Notes: generated by a model not told the origin, from the letters alone. Counted from the stretch's first letter, positions 30,189-40,021 are shown. The stretch: 64,000 nt of DNA from Thermoplasmatota archaeon (GCA_041601615.1 JBFIHX010000003.1:192001-256000); one strand, 5' to 3'. Program-made: numbers and translations.

Positions 30189-30872
30189 GTGCGCTGCATC
30201 ATTCTTCTAAGCGGCGGAAAAGACAGTGTCGCCGCCGTCGAAGTCGCCCAAATGCACGGATGGGACGTAGTCGCAGCCCTCCGAATGGTCCCCGTTGAAG
30301 ACGACGCTTGGATGTTTCATACCCCCAATCTCAACGTCGTCGAAGGCATTGCCGAAGCCCTCGGAATCCCGCTCGTCACCGCCGCCGCCCGCGCAGACCC
30401 CGTGCTGGAAGTGGAGGACCTAGAAGCAGCACTCGTGGCCGCCAAGAAGGAATTCAACCTCGACGCCGTGCTCAGCGGCGCGCTTGCCAGTGAATACCAG
30501 CGCACCCGCATCGACGCCATCGGCCACCGCATCGGCCTGCACACGTTCGCACCGCTCTGGCACAAAGACCCTGACACCTACATGGACAGCCTCCTGAAGG
30601 CTGGCTACCACATCCGATTCAGCCGGGTCGCCGCCGATGGACTGGACGCATCCTGGGCCGGAGCAAGGCTCGACCAAGAAAAACTGGAGCAGCTTCGCGG
30701 CATGCGCATGCACGTCGCCGGCGAGGGCGGAGAATACGAAACACTGGTACTGGACGCGCCGCACTACCTCCATGCGCTGGAAATCACGGAAGCTGAGGTT
30801 GTGGCGACGGCGAGTCGGGCGACGTGGAACGTACAAGCCGTTCACTCATTGCCCAAGCGCCCCAGCCCCTGA
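30189..30872 (+). CDS. dph6: Diphthine--ammonia ligase
   Basis: LSGGKDS, MFHTPN, GALASEYQ, APLW, GEGGEYETLVLDAP. Confidence 0.92.
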   Translation: MRCIILLSGGKDSVAAVEVAQMHGWDVVAALRMVPVEDDAWMFHTPNLNVVEGIAEALGIPLVTAAARADPVLEVEDLEAALVAAKKEFNLDAVLSGALASEYQRTRIDAIGHRIGLHTFAPLWHKDPDTYMDSLLKAGYHIRFSRVAADGLDASWAGARLDQEKLEQLRGMRMHVAGEGGEYETLVLDAPHYLHALEITEAEVVATASRATWNVQAVHSLPKRPSP

Positions 30873-30883
30873 TGCTTCAAAGG

Positions 30884-31807
30884 TCACGAATTTCGACGGA
30901 CTGCCTTCGTTCCCAAGTACCCAGCGTGGCTGATGCCAAGAATCCCAACTATGCCCCCGGATACCAAAGGCAATTGATCGCACCCGCCAATTGAACATGG
31001 ATCGCCGACCAATAGGTTCCAAACGGTCCAGGAGAATGCCATCATGGCCAGGAACGTAAACAACACAAGTTGTGCCCTGCCCAAGTCGGCACGACCCATG
31101 TTCGCCCGGTCCTCGCTCATGAGCATGTCCATCGGCGTCGCGCCCCTCGCGGACGGTCGGCTCAGGTCCGGACTGTCGGGCAACTTATTTTGGTGGTTTC
31201 GAATGGAATTCAGAAGAAACGGAGTGGCGATAGGAAGCGAATCAGGCTGGGGCGCACGAGGATCGCCGGCCAGTGCCCCAGCGGCCCCACGCGCCCGCAG
31301 CAACGCCTTTCGAGTGCCCGCATCCAAGCCGTGCTCGCGAGTCGCCGCTTCCACATAACTGTCAAAGTTGTTCACCACGTCGGCAATGGGGTCGAGTGCT
31401 TGGGCGCGCCCTTCTCGCGATTGGATGAATGTGGCGGTCCCGAAGCTTGCGCTCGTTAGTCCCATGAGATACACCAAATTTGGATCGATTCCCACGTTCA
31501 TAGGGTCTGCTGCTCCCGCCGCAAGCCGCAGTTGCCAAAAGGTGAGAAACGTGCCCAGAATGAGCACCGACCACATCAGAGTGTACGAGTGGGACATGCT
31601 CCAGCGGTTGTTCTTGTTCAGGAAAATTCCCTTAAGCGAACCCTGTGCCACCGCTCCGAATCCTACGAAGAAGGAGAACAGGGCGATGAGATGAACAAGC
31701 CAAGCAAGGCGGGCTGCATCGATTCCTCGCAGGGCCCAAAAGCCCAATCCGATGCTTGCAATCATCAAAGCCCACCCAACGCCACGGACGAGCCGGAATT
31801 GACCCAT
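30884..31807 (-). CDS. Multi-TM membrane protein of unknown function
   Basis: About 6 TM helices; DLGRAQLVLFT and GISHAGYLG motifs. Confidence 0.7.
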   Translation of the reverse strand: MGQFRLVRGVGWALMIASIGLGFWALRGIDAARLAWLVHLIALFSFFVGFGAVAQGSLKGIFLNKNNRWSMSHSYTLMWSVLILGTFLTFWQLRLAAGAADPMNVGIDPNLVYLMGLTSASFGTATFIQSREGRAQALDPIADVVNNFDSYVEAATREHGLDAGTRKALLRARGAAGALAGDPRAPQPDSLPIATPFLLNSIRNHQNKLPDSPDLSRPSARGATPMDMLMSEDRANMGRADLGRAQLVLFTFLAMMAFSWTVWNLLVGDPCSIGGCDQLPLVSGGIVGILGISHAGYLGTKAVRRNS

Positions 31808-31963
31808 GCGGGCGTATGGATTCTGGATTATGTCCGTTTCTCCATCGGCCTGAAGCCGGACCGGTCCGCATCGAGGGTGCGGCAACAACAAAGGGGAGGA
31901 GAAAGGGGGAGAGGATTGCTCGGGTCGAAACCGAGCGAAGTCCAAGCGAGGGTGCCTGTCGGA

Positions 31964-32266
31964 TTAACCGAACAGAGCGCCGAGGCCGGCGGCAGCTTCG
32001 TCTTCCGAAACGCCGACTTCCTCTTCCTCTTCCTCGACCGGGGCGGCCTCGGCAGCCGGGGCTGCTCCACCGGCGACGGCCACAGGGGCGGCCGTTGCGG
32101 TTTCGATGGCTGCACCGATGTCGGCACCGTCGAGTGCGGCGACGAGAGCCTTTACGCGGCCCGAGTCAACCGCAACGCCGGCGGCGCTGAGGATCTTGGT
32201 GATGGCTTCTTCGCTGACTTCCTTCTCGGCGCTGTGCAGGAGCAGCGCACTGTACACGTATTCCAT
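31964..32266 (-). CDS. rpl12: 50S ribosomal protein L12 (aP1)
   Basis: [11 protein letters not shown]...[10 protein letters not shown]; SD GGAGTGA. Confidence 0.98.
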   Translation of the reverse strand: MEYVYSALLLHSAEKEVSEEAITKILSAAGVAVDSGRVKALVAALDGADIGAAIETATAAPVAVAGGAAPAAEAAPVEEEEEEVGVSEDEAAAGLGALFG

Positions 32267-32284
32267 GTAGTTTCACTCCTAGGT

Positions 32285-33310
32285 TTATCCGAACAGCGCA
32301 CCGAGTCCAGCGGCTGCTTCATCTTCGCTCACTTCCTCTTCTTCCTCTTCCTCTTCGGCCGGGGCTTCGGAGGCAGCCGCCGCGGGGGCCGCAGCGACGT
32401 TGGTGAGGATGTCGAGATGACTTCCCAGACGCTCTTGGAGAGCTTCGGAGAGGTCGGCAGGCTTCTTGCCGAGACCCGCAAGGATCTTGGCGTAGGCTTC
32501 GGCAGCCGCGTCGGCTGCTTCTGCCAGGTCGACGCCGGTTTCCAGCGCGACCGCGACCGCCATGCGGTAGGCACGGCCGACCAGGGCAGCCATGGACTGC
32601 TTGGTCGGGAAGGCGGTCATGAGGCTGACTTCATGCGCGACGCGGACGGCGAGCATGAGTTCGGCCAGGACCTTCTCTTCGTCCACCGCGAGCACGTCGG
32701 GCTTGAACAGGGTGTCCAGCTCGAATGCTGCTTGGAGGTCGATCTTGAGTTCGACGGGTCGAATCTCAAGTTTGGACAGCATGTTGGCCATCGCGGGAGC
32801 GACGACCTCGCCGGCCTTGACGGGGGTGGTGGTCTTGATGACCACGACCTTGGGTCCTTCGATCTTGGCGGGGATACCGACCTTCTGGAATTCACCGACG
32901 ATGGGGCCGGGGCCGAAGGGCGTGGGGCCTTTTTCGACGACGATGTCGCAGGGGGCGATGCCGCCGGGGCGGACCGAGGCGCGGCTGGCGCCGGCCTGGA
33001 GGGTCTTGTAGAGTTTGAACGGGTTCATGTCGGTCGAGATGACCGCCATTTGCCCGTCGACGAGGTCCAGAAGGCTCTCGATGCCGGGGCGCGTTTTTGC
33101 GGCCTCGGCGATGGCGAGCTTCAGGAGTCGGTTCTTGGTGCCGACCACGTCGACGCCGGCTCGGAGGCTGGCGCGCATCTCTTGCATCTGGGGGCCGGGG
33201 ATGCCACCGATCTTGGCGATGCCGACGACGGGTTTGTCGGTCAGCATCTTGGCGATGCGGGTGACTTCAGCGCGCTTCCAGGGGGCGATGCGTGCTTCCA
33301 CTACAGCCAC
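32285..33310 (-). CDS. rpl10: 50S ribosomal protein L10 (uL10/P0)
   Basis: PWKRAEV, KNRLL, NPFKL, GPTPFGPGP and acidic tail. Confidence 0.97.
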   Translation of the reverse strand: MAVVEARIAPWKRAEVTRIAKMLTDKPVVGIAKIGGIPGPQMQEMRASLRAGVDVVGTKNRLLKLAIAEAAKTRPGIESLLDLVDGQMAVISTDMNPFKLYKTLQAGASRASVRPGGIAPCDIVVEKGPTPFGPGPIVGEFQKVGIPAKIEGPKVVVIKTTTPVKAGEVVAPAMANMLSKLEIRPVELKIDLQAAFELDTLFKPDVLAVDEEKVLAELMLAVRVAHEVSLMTAFPTKQSMAALVGRAYRMAVAVALETGVDLAEAADAAAEAYAKILAGLGKKPADLSEALQERLGSHLDILTNVAAAPAAAASEAPAEEEEEEEEVSEDEAAAGLGALFG

Positions 33311-33942
33311 CTCACGGAGGGGCCCATGCTGGTCTTGATGTAGATGGAGTCGATGTTCATGCGGCCGTGTTCGAGGCGACCTTCGACACGCTTCATGAGC
33401 GCCTCGATGTTCTCCACGATGTCTTCGACGGACATGTCCTCGCTGCCGATGACGCAGTGGAACGACCGCTTGTCCTTGCTGCGTACCTTGACGGTGTTGC
33501 GCAGGTTGGAGATTTGGCCGCTCGGGTCCGTGCCGGGGGGCAGCGGGCGAGGCATTTTGCCGCGGGGACCGAGAACGATACCCAGGCTCTTACCGATTTG
33601 CGCCATGAGGGGCGCTTCGGCAAGGAAGTAGTTCATTTTGTTCGCGGTCTTCTTGAACTGCGCCTTGTTCTTTTGCATGTCCTCGAATTCTTCCGGCTGG
33701 ATGACCACATCGGCTACCTTGCGGGCCAGTGTGGCGCCTTCGCCCTGAGCGAATACGCCGACCTTGGCTTCCTTGCCCCGACCTTTGGGGAGAATGATCT
33801 CCTCATCGATGCGGTTCTTGGGAATGTTTAGGTCGACGTTCTTCAGGGTGATGGCGAGGTCGATGGACTGCGTGAACTTGCGCTTGCCTTTGCCCTGTTC
33901 GAGGGCAGAAGTCACCGCTTCCACGATTTCCTGTTCGGCTAT
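33301..33942 (-). CDS. rpl1: 50S ribosomal protein L1 (apparent ATA start)
   Basis: RKFTQSIDL, LGPRGKMP, KTSMGP; SD GGAGGTGA 4 nt before ATA. Confidence 0.95.
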   Translation of the reverse strand: MAEQEIVEAVTSALEQGKGKRKFTQSIDLAITLKNVDLNIPKNRIDEEIILPKGRGKEAKVGVFAQGEGATLARKVADVVIQPEEFEDMQKNKAQFKKTANKMNYFLAEAPLMAQIGKSLGIVLGPRGKMPRPLPPGTDPSGQISNLRNTVKVRSKDKRSFHCVIGSEDMSVEDIVENIEALMKRVEGRLEHGRMNIDSIYIKTSMGPSVRWL

Positions 33943-33952
33943 GGTATCACCT

Positions 33953-33990
33953 CCGCAGTTTGGCGGCCGGGATAGCCCAGCCTCCTGCGG
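33953..33990 (-). promoter_or_regulatory. Putative L1-binding autoregulatory RNA hairpin in the rpl1 leader
   Basis: CCGCAG-GAG-GCUGGG-CUAU-CCCGGC-CGCCAAA-CUGCGG: two stems with a GAG / CGCCAAA internal loop. Confidence 0.75.
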
Positions 33991-34014
33991 TAGGAGCGGC
34001 CGACTTGGATGCAG

Positions 34015-34021
34015 TATAAAG
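34015..34021 (-). promoter_or_regulatory. TATA box of the rpl1-rpl10-rpl12 operon
   Basis: CTTTATA about 25 nt upstream of the leader hairpin. Confidence 0.65.
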
Positions 34022-34121
34022 TGGTTGTCCACGAGCAAGGAGGGATGGGGCTTGGGGCCGTGGTGGATTGCTGGTTTTGCGCCGGGGTTTGGGTTCTAGG
34101 CGCCTCGGCGGTGATTTTGGG

Positions 34122-34553
34122 TTAGTTTGTGCGGAATTTCCACTGTACGTGGTCGCCGTCTTGGAGGGGGAAGGCACAGGCACCGACTGCGGCTCGTGGC
34201 AACCACGCGCCGTTTCGGTAGATCCAGTATTCCCATCCGCCGCCGTTCTGGTCGCCTTCCGCGAATCCGCCAATGGCGCGAACGTAGATGCCGCAGGGCT
34301 GGTAGGCGGGGTTTTCGTGTACGTCTAGGCGCAGGCCGGCTTCGGTGGTGGCGGCGACGAGGACGGAGTATGCGGTGGCGTTTTGGGCGGTGATGGTGCC
34401 GTTGTAGAGGGTGCTGTCGGGCGCAAGGATGGAGACGGTGAATGTGCCGGATGCGCCGGTTTGCTCGGGGGCGGTCTGGAGTAGGAGCACGGTTCCTATG
34501 GTAAGCAGGGCGATGAGGGTGAGTGCGGCGGCGAGGCGCGTCGGGGTGTGCAT
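34122..34553 (-). CDS. DUF4430 (transcobalamin C-terminal-like) exported protein
   Basis: N-terminal TM, TAYSVL, GIYVRAIGG, GWEYWI, VGA...LQDGDHVQW. Confidence 0.8.
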   Translation of the reverse strand: MHTPTRLAAALTLIALLTIGTVLLLQTAPEQTGASGTFTVSILAPDSTLYNGTITAQNATAYSVLVAATTEAGLRLDVHENPAYQPCGIYVRAIGGFAEGDQNGGGWEYWIYRNGAWLPRAAVGACAFPLQDGDHVQWKFRTN

Positions 34554-34671
34554 GGTCCCGTCTTGGGCCGCGCAGGGGTTGGGGGACGGATGAAGGCTGG
34601 GGCCGGTTGCAGGAGTGGGGCGGGGCGGGAGGTGGCGTGATGGATTTGGCTGGGCGTCGGGGGTTTGAGGG

Positions 34672-35199
34672 TCAGGGTGTGGATACGTTCGGGGCTTGGT
34701 TTCCTAGATTGAAGCCGACGTGGTATCCATGTGGGTGGGCTGGGGGTTGCTGTGCTCGGAGCATGGTTGGGAGGATGGTGCTGCGGGCAAAGCGGGGGCG
34801 GCCTTCGCCGCGTCGTTCGATGATGCCGGCGTCTTCCAGGTCTTGAAGGCGATTGCGGGCGATGCGGCGGGTGAGTCCGGTGTGTTCCATGACTGCGATG
34901 GTGTCGAGTTCGCGGTGCTCGGAAAACAGGTCGAGTACGGCGCGGGCGTGGGGGCGGGCCATGATTACGTGTCGTCGCATGGCTGCGCGGTTCATTTGGG
35001 TGGCAAAGAGGTACTGGTGCTTTGGGTCGTCGAGGGCGTGCAGCTGGCCGGCTTCGAGGAGTTGGTCTACGTGCTGTGTGATGGTGCCCCAGGCGAGTCC
35101 GGTGGCTCTGCGCAGGTCGCTTCGAGTCAGGCCAGGTTTGGCTGTGACGAGGGCATGGATGTGGAGCGCCGGTGTGGCGGTTGTGTCGACAGGGCCCAT
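34672..35199 (-). CDS. Soluble double winged-helix regulator
   Basis: PGLTRSDLRRATGLAWGTITQHV and a second HTH ending LQDLEDAGII. Confidence 0.8.
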   Translation of the reverse strand: MGPVDTTATPALHIHALVTAKPGLTRSDLRRATGLAWGTITQHVDQLLEAGQLHALDDPKHQYLFATQMNRAAMRRHVIMARPHARAVLDLFSEHRELDTIAVMEHTGLTRRIARNRLQDLEDAGIIERRGEGRPRFARSTILPTMLRAQQPPAHPHGYHVGFNLGNQAPNVSTP

Positions 35200-35284
35200 G
35201 GGGTTGCATCGACGTGCGTCATAGGGGGTTTTTGGCCTCTATTTCGAAATCGTGGCCATTGTGGGCTTGCTCGTGGCCTGGGTT

Positions 35285-36256
35285 TCAGGTGAGGCTTGGG
35301 TCCCAATTGTTCCAGGTGACCAGTTCTGGTGCCCAGCCTTCGTGGTCTTGCATGTATGCAATCGCTTTGGCGATGTCTGTGTAGTGGTTGCTGGCGGGCG
35401 TGGGGCTGAGGATGATGGTGCTGGCGACTCCGAGGGCTTTGCCGTCGCTGGTCATGATGTGGCCGCCGGAGTCACCGGGGATGCCGGGGGTGGCGAGGTA
35501 GACATGGTGGCTCCAGCCGCCGTTGGCCATGCCGAGGTGTTGGCCTTGTTTGGGGTGGATTTCTTCGATGCCGGCTTTGAGGGTGCTGGCGCCGTAGCCG
35601 TAGATGGTGGAGGTAGGGGCGGTGGCGAGGCCTGTGGGGGCTTGGAAGTGCAGGCTGGCGGGGTGCACATGGGGAAGGTCTTCTTCGTCGATTTTGAGGA
35701 GTGCGAAGTCGTTGCCGGCGCATGTTGCGGGGTCGGTTTCGCCGATGCGTTGCATGGTGGCCCAACTGCTGTAGATGATGGTTGCTGCGGCGGTGCCGCC
35801 ATTGTCGAGGTCGAGGCGGGCGCGGTTTTTGTCGGCAAGGGGCGCGTTGCAGCCGTCGGTTTGTTCGCTGGAGCCGGCTGCGACGCAGTGGGCGGCGGTG
35901 GCGAGGTAGTAGTGGGTCCAGTCCTGTTGGAAGAGGAAGCTGGTGGTGCAGCCGGCGCCTTCGAAGGCCATGTTGATGCCGGGGCGGATGCCTTTGCCGG
36001 TGGGGCTGCCCCAGTCGGGTTCGGTTGTGTTGGTGCCGGGTGCGGGGGCGGGTGGTTTGGTGCTGTTGGCGCCGCTTACGGGGGTGGCGCCGGGGAAGGG
36101 GTCGTCAGTGTTGTTGGTGGGTGCTCCGCCTTTGCCGTTTGGCGTGCCGTCTGGGCCGGTGTTGCCGTCGTCGGGGCCGGGGGCGGGGGTGGCGTCGTCG
36201 CCGGGCGTGGTGCATCCTGCCAGTAGGAGGGTGAGTGCCACAAGGAGGGCGCGCAT
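35285..36256 (-). CDS. Trypsin-like serine protease lipoprotein
   Basis: LLAGC lipobox; triad TAAHC, DFALL, GDSGG. Confidence 0.9.
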   Translation of the reverse strand: MRALLVALTLLLAGCTTPGDDATPAPGPDDGNTGPDGTPNGKGGAPTNNTDDPFPGATPVSGANSTKPPAPAPGTNTTEPDWGSPTGKGIRPGINMAFEGAGCTTSFLFQQDWTHYYLATAAHCVAAGSSEQTDGCNAPLADKNRARLDLDNGGTAAATIIYSSWATMQRIGETDPATCAGNDFALLKIDEEDLPHVHPASLHFQAPTGLATAPTSTIYGYGASTLKAGIEEIHPKQGQHLGMANGGWSHHVYLATPGIPGDSGGHIMTSDGKALGVASTIILSPTPASNHYTDIAKAIAYMQDHEGWAPELVTWNNWDPSLT

Positions 36257-36369
36257 CACCGGAACTTTTGTTGCTACAGGGTTAAGGTTTCCTGTGGGGT
36301 GGTCGAAACGGGGTAACCATCCGGAGAGTGGGGGGCAGTCTGGTGCGGGTTGCGAGGTGCGCGGGGGGT

Positions 36370-36864
36370 CTAGACTTCCCAGACGCCGCCGCGGTCTTCG
36401 TTGCCTGCGGTGGTTGAAACTTCTGGGGTGGGGAGGGCAGCTTCCGGGGCTTTGGCATCGATGACGCCTGTGTCGTTGTGGTCTACGAGGGTCATTTCGC
36501 CGACGAATTTTAGGAGGACTGGTTTTTTGGCGAGGCGGCCGAGGAAGGTTTGCACGGCGCCGACGACTTGGTCTTGGTCCATGCGGCGCTGGGCGGCGGG
36601 CACGTCGCTTGGGTAGCCGCCGAAGTAGACGGTGAGGTAGGCTTTCTTGAGGCGGTTGACCACGACCAGGGTGCTGGTGGCAAATCCTGCGGGAAGCCGG
36701 GTGTGTGGGTTGTGGGCGATGAAGCCGGTTTCGCCGCCGTCTTGCCATTCCCATCCCTGGAAGCCCATTTCTTTGGCTTGCAGCGGGCCCCAGAGGACGG
36801 TTTGGAGTTTGGGCACGTCTGCTTCCCATTTGGCAAGGTATACGCCGGCGTCCATCACGTCCAT
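36370..36864 (-). CDS. Hypothetical protein
   Basis: Host-like codon usage; protein-like sequence from MDVMDAGVYL. Confidence 0.65.
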   Translation of the reverse strand: MDVMDAGVYLAKWEADVPKLQTVLWGPLQAKEMGFQGWEWQDGGETGFIAHNPHTRLPAGFATSTLVVVNRLKKAYLTVYFGGYPSDVPAAQRRMDQDQVVGAVQTFLGRLAKKPVLLKFVGEMTLVDHNDTGVIDAKAPEAALPTPEVSTTAGNEDRGGVWEV

Positions 36865-37026
36865 GCGGTGTCCACCAGGGCGGGGGTCTTGGCTGTGCCG
36901 AAGTCGTGTGGGTGTGGGCCGCGAGGTGCGCGGGCGGCTGGGCGCTCGTGGGCACAACTTGGCATCGCGGCAAGGCGCGGCACGGCGCGGCGTGGGGCGT
37001 GATCGCGGCACAACCTCCAAACGGAG

Positions 37027-37722
37027 GTGGACCGGTGGCTGCGCGTGGTCCTGACGAACAAGGTCGGCACTGAGCGGTCGTTTCCCATCGTGGCGCTGCT
37101 GTATGGGGCGACGCTTGGCTTGTATGGCATCTATTGGCATTACAAGGTCCAGAATGAGTTGTACAAGCAATTCGAATTGCACCGCGAGCAACGGGACGAA
37201 GGTGCTCTTTGGCTCCTGTATGGTCGCACGGTGTTCCGGCCGCTGTTCTGGGTGTTTCTGTTTGTGTTTGTGGACAATTTGCACCATGTTCGCGCTCGGT
37301 TTGGCTTGCAGGAGCGGCCGCGTACGGGCTATGTGCTGACGTTCTCCATCATCGGGACCATCTGTGCGTACCTGGGTCTTGGTTTGCTGTACTTTGCGTT
37401 CTACCTGGCATTCGGCGAGGATCCCAACATGAGTGTGGATGAGGTGCGGGCGCTGGCGACGGGCATTTTCTTGCTTTCGGCTCTGGCACTGGCGCTTGGA
37501 GGCGCTCTGCTCGCCATGGTGTATGCGCCGCTTCAGAAGGCGGTCAACGAAGTCTGGCAGGCGTATGATGCTCGCATGGAGGCGCTGATGCCTGGGGGCG
37601 CTACCGGGGGTGCTTCAGGGGCGTGGTACGATCAGGTAGGTGGGCCTTCGCAAGATTTCCAAGGCCGCGACGAATGGATCCCGGTGCAAGAAGGAACGCC
37701 ACCAACATACCCAAGGCGATGA
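37027..37722 (+). CDS. DUF4234-like membrane protein
   Basis: TLGLYGIYWHYKVQNEL and LQKAVNEVW. Start uncertain. Confidence 0.75.
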   Translation: MDRWLRVVLTNKVGTERSFPIVALLYGATLGLYGIYWHYKVQNELYKQFELHREQRDEGALWLLYGRTVFRPLFWVFLFVFVDNLHHVRARFGLQERPRTGYVLTFSIIGTICAYLGLGLLYFAFYLAFGEDPNMSVDEVRALATGIFLLSALALALGGALLAMVYAPLQKAVNEVWQAYDARMEALMPGGATGGASGAWYDQVGGPSQDFQGRDEWIPVQEGTPPTYPRR

Positions 37723-38374
37723 GGACGAGGAGCGCCGAGAGCACTCCGCGGTCGTCAATCGGAGCGGCGATGCTCAGGATGCTCAAGAGCACGGCCGAGG
37801 CGTTGTTGGCGTAGTGGATGATAATGGAGGGCAGCGGGGCAAACCAGCGCACCCGTGGGTCCCTCCAGGATGCTACGGCGTAGAGGGTGACCATGGAGAG
37901 TCCTGTGCTGGTGGCGTGGAATCCGATGCGCCAGAACTCGCCAAATGTGTCTTCTTCGGAGTAGCTGACGGCGTGTTCTAGGATGCCGAATCCGGCGCCG
38001 ATGGCCAGGGCGGCAGGAAGCATCACCAGAAGCCAAGCCCGGTGCCTCCAGCGTTCTCGCGTTGCGAGTCCTCCCATGAGGGCAATGAATAGGAGTCCGA
38101 GGAGGAGGGCGAGTCCGAATTTGACGAACTCCTCGAAGATGGGAGCGCCGAGGACCACTTGGACCAGAAAGGGCGCTTGGTCTACGAAGACAGTGAAGAA
38201 TCCGAGCCCGAAGAGGATGCCGCCGAGGGCGAATGGATTGCGGGCCAATCGGGGCAACGGGTGCTCTCGGTCGGGCAGCAATTTCCACTCGGGCGGTATC
38301 GGTTCGTCGTCGGGTACCTCGATGCCGACCACATTGGCATCGTAGAACAGGTCCGCGTCGATGTGGCCTCCCAC
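37601..38374 (-). CDS. PrsW-family intramembrane glutamic protease
   Basis: PIFEEFVK, GFGILEH, FHATSTG, IHYANN in TM helices. Confidence 0.85.
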   Translation of the reverse strand: MGGHIDADLFYDANVVGIEVPDDEPIPPEWKLLPDREHPLPRLARNPFALGGILFGLGFFTVFVDQAPFLVQVVLGAPIFEEFVKFGLALLLGLLFIALMGGLATRERWRHRAWLLVMLPAALAIGAGFGILEHAVSYSEEDTFGEFWRIGFHATSTGLSMVTLYAVASWRDPRVRWFAPLPSIIIHYANNASAVLLSILSIAAPIDDRGVLSALLVLIALGMLVAFLLAPGSIRRGLGNLAKAHLPDRTTPLKHPR

Positions 38375-38484
38375 GGGCTTGGATGGGGGGTGAAAGGGTT
38401 TGGGTCTGTCGGAGCGGGGCGCAGCGCCCGTGGGGCGTTCGGGGCACTCCCATAGGGCCAGCCGCATTCGGGTGGCTGAGCGTG

Positions 38485-39081
38485 CTAGGCGCCGTCGATC
38501 AGTTCCAAGATGCGTTCGACGGCGTCGGGAAGGCCATCTTCGACGGCCAAAACGGGCAACGCAAGGCGCTTGATGTGGGCTTGCAGGTGTTCGCGGCTAT
38601 GGGTAGTGGCGAGCAGGATGCAGGGGATGCCGAAGGCGCGGGCGGCTTTGGCGTCCTTGAGGGTGTCGCCGATCATCACGGCGCGGTCGCGGTCCACCGG
38701 GGCGCCAGCGTCGCTCCAGGCTTGATTGGCGTCGCGCAGCATGCCGGCGCGGGGTTTGCGGCGACGGTGGGGGATGAAGGTGGGGCTGTAGCTTACTTCG
38801 ATGCGGTCGAGGCGTCCGCCTTCGGCTTCCAATTCGGTCAGGAGGTACTCATGGACGCGCCGGACGTGCGCGGGGGTGGCCAGGAGGTGGCCAACTTGGG
38901 GTTGGTTGGTGACGAGGCAGGTGCGCACGTCGGGCCGGTTGAGGCGCGCAAACGCTTGGCGCACGCCGGGGAGCCATTCGAAGTCGGCTGGGTCGCGCAC
39001 GCCGGGCAGTTTGAGTCTGCAAAATACGCCGTCGCGGTCGAGGAAAATGGTCCATGGGGTCGGCCGGCGCACGACGGTCAC
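38485..39081 (-). CDS. HAD-IIIA phosphatase (GmhB/HisB-like)
   Basis: FLDRDGV, VTNQ, RKPRAGML, MIGD. Confidence 0.9.
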   Translation of the reverse strand: MTVVRRPTPWTIFLDRDGVFCRLKLPGVRDPADFEWLPGVRQAFARLNRPDVRTCLVTNQPQVGHLLATPAHVRRVHEYLLTELEAEGGRLDRIEVSYSPTFIPHRRRKPRAGMLRDANQAWSDAGAPVDRDRAVMIGDTLKDAKAARAFGIPCILLATTHSREHLQAHIKRLALPVLAVEDGLPDAVERILELIDGA

Positions 39082-40005
39082 CTACCTGCGCAGTTCGCCG
39101 AGCGTGGTGGTGCGTTCGGCGTAGGCGTTGTGTTTGTGGATGCTTTCTTGGGCTTCGCTGCTGCAGCAGACCACTACGTCTTCGGGCAGTTGCGGGTAGC
39201 GATCTACGACCAAGAACAGTGCTTCACGCACCACGTCTTCGACGAATTTTGGGTCGTGGTGTGCTTGCAAGACGAGGTCGCCTTCGTCGCCGCGTTTCAG
39301 GAGTTCGTAGGTGGGTGCGGATAGGGCCGCTTCGCAGAGAGCAACGAGGTCGGCGGCTTCTATGTCGGTTTCTTCGGGCACATCCATGCAGAGGGTGACG
39401 ACGTTGCGTTGGTTGTGGGTAATGAAGGGCAGGTCTGGGTTTGGTGGTGTTCCGGCTTCGACCATTTTGTGTCGGGCGGTTTCCATGGCGCAGGGGCAGG
39501 CGCTCATGCCGATGACTTCGACGCCCACGCGGCGGCGGTGTTCGCCATCTCGAATGGCGGTGGCTTGGGCGGTGAGGCCGTAGCGCTCGAGGGTTGGTTT
39601 ACCGCCGGGGTTGGTTTGCATCAAGAAGAAGTCGCCGCGGGCACTGACGTGGGCGTCTTGGGCATAATCGTGACGTTCTAGCAGGCGGCGGGCGAGGCGG
39701 GAGCACAAGGTTTCCAGGCCACGCGCTTCGCGGTCTACGATTTCCTCGTCCAGTACGTCGGCGAGTGCTTCGAGGTTGCGGCTCATGTGGGTGCCTTTCT
39801 GGGTTCGGGGCAGGTCCACGAATAAGTCAAAGTCCGCCACGATGCCGTGTGGGTCCTGGCCTGGGCGGTGAATGGTTACGGGTTTGCGCACACCTCGAAC
39901 GCCCACCCGTGTCAGCTTGTAGGGTCTGGGCGCGTCAAAGTTCTGCACGTCCGGGCTGTCCCTGGCTTCGGCCACGGGGGCGGCCACGAGAGCACCCCGT
40001 TTCAA
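39082..40005 (-). CDS. mptA: GTP cyclohydrolase MptA/FolE2
   Basis: KGTHMSR, GMSACPCA, THNQR, LLKRGDE, PKFVEDVVR, ESIHKHNA. Confidence 0.92.
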   Translation of the reverse strand: MKRGALVAAPVAEARDSPDVQNFDAPRPYKLTRVGVRGVRKPVTIHRPGQDPHGIVADFDLFVDLPRTQKGTHMSRNLEALADVLDEEIVDREARGLETLCSRLARRLLERHDYAQDAHVSARGDFFLMQTNPGGKPTLERYGLTAQATAIRDGEHRRRVGVEVIGMSACPCAMETARHKMVEAGTPPNPDLPFITHNQRNVVTLCMDVPEETDIEAADLVALCEAALSAPTYELLKRGDEGDLVLQAHHDPKFVEDVVREALFLVVDRYPQLPEDVVVCCSSEAQESIHKHNAYAERTTTLGELRR

Positions 40006-40021
40006 TCATGCGGGCTGGGCA

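Noticed and set aside
31964-32360. Near-identical C-termini of L10 and L12
   Set aside because: Well-known shared stalk motif in archaea.
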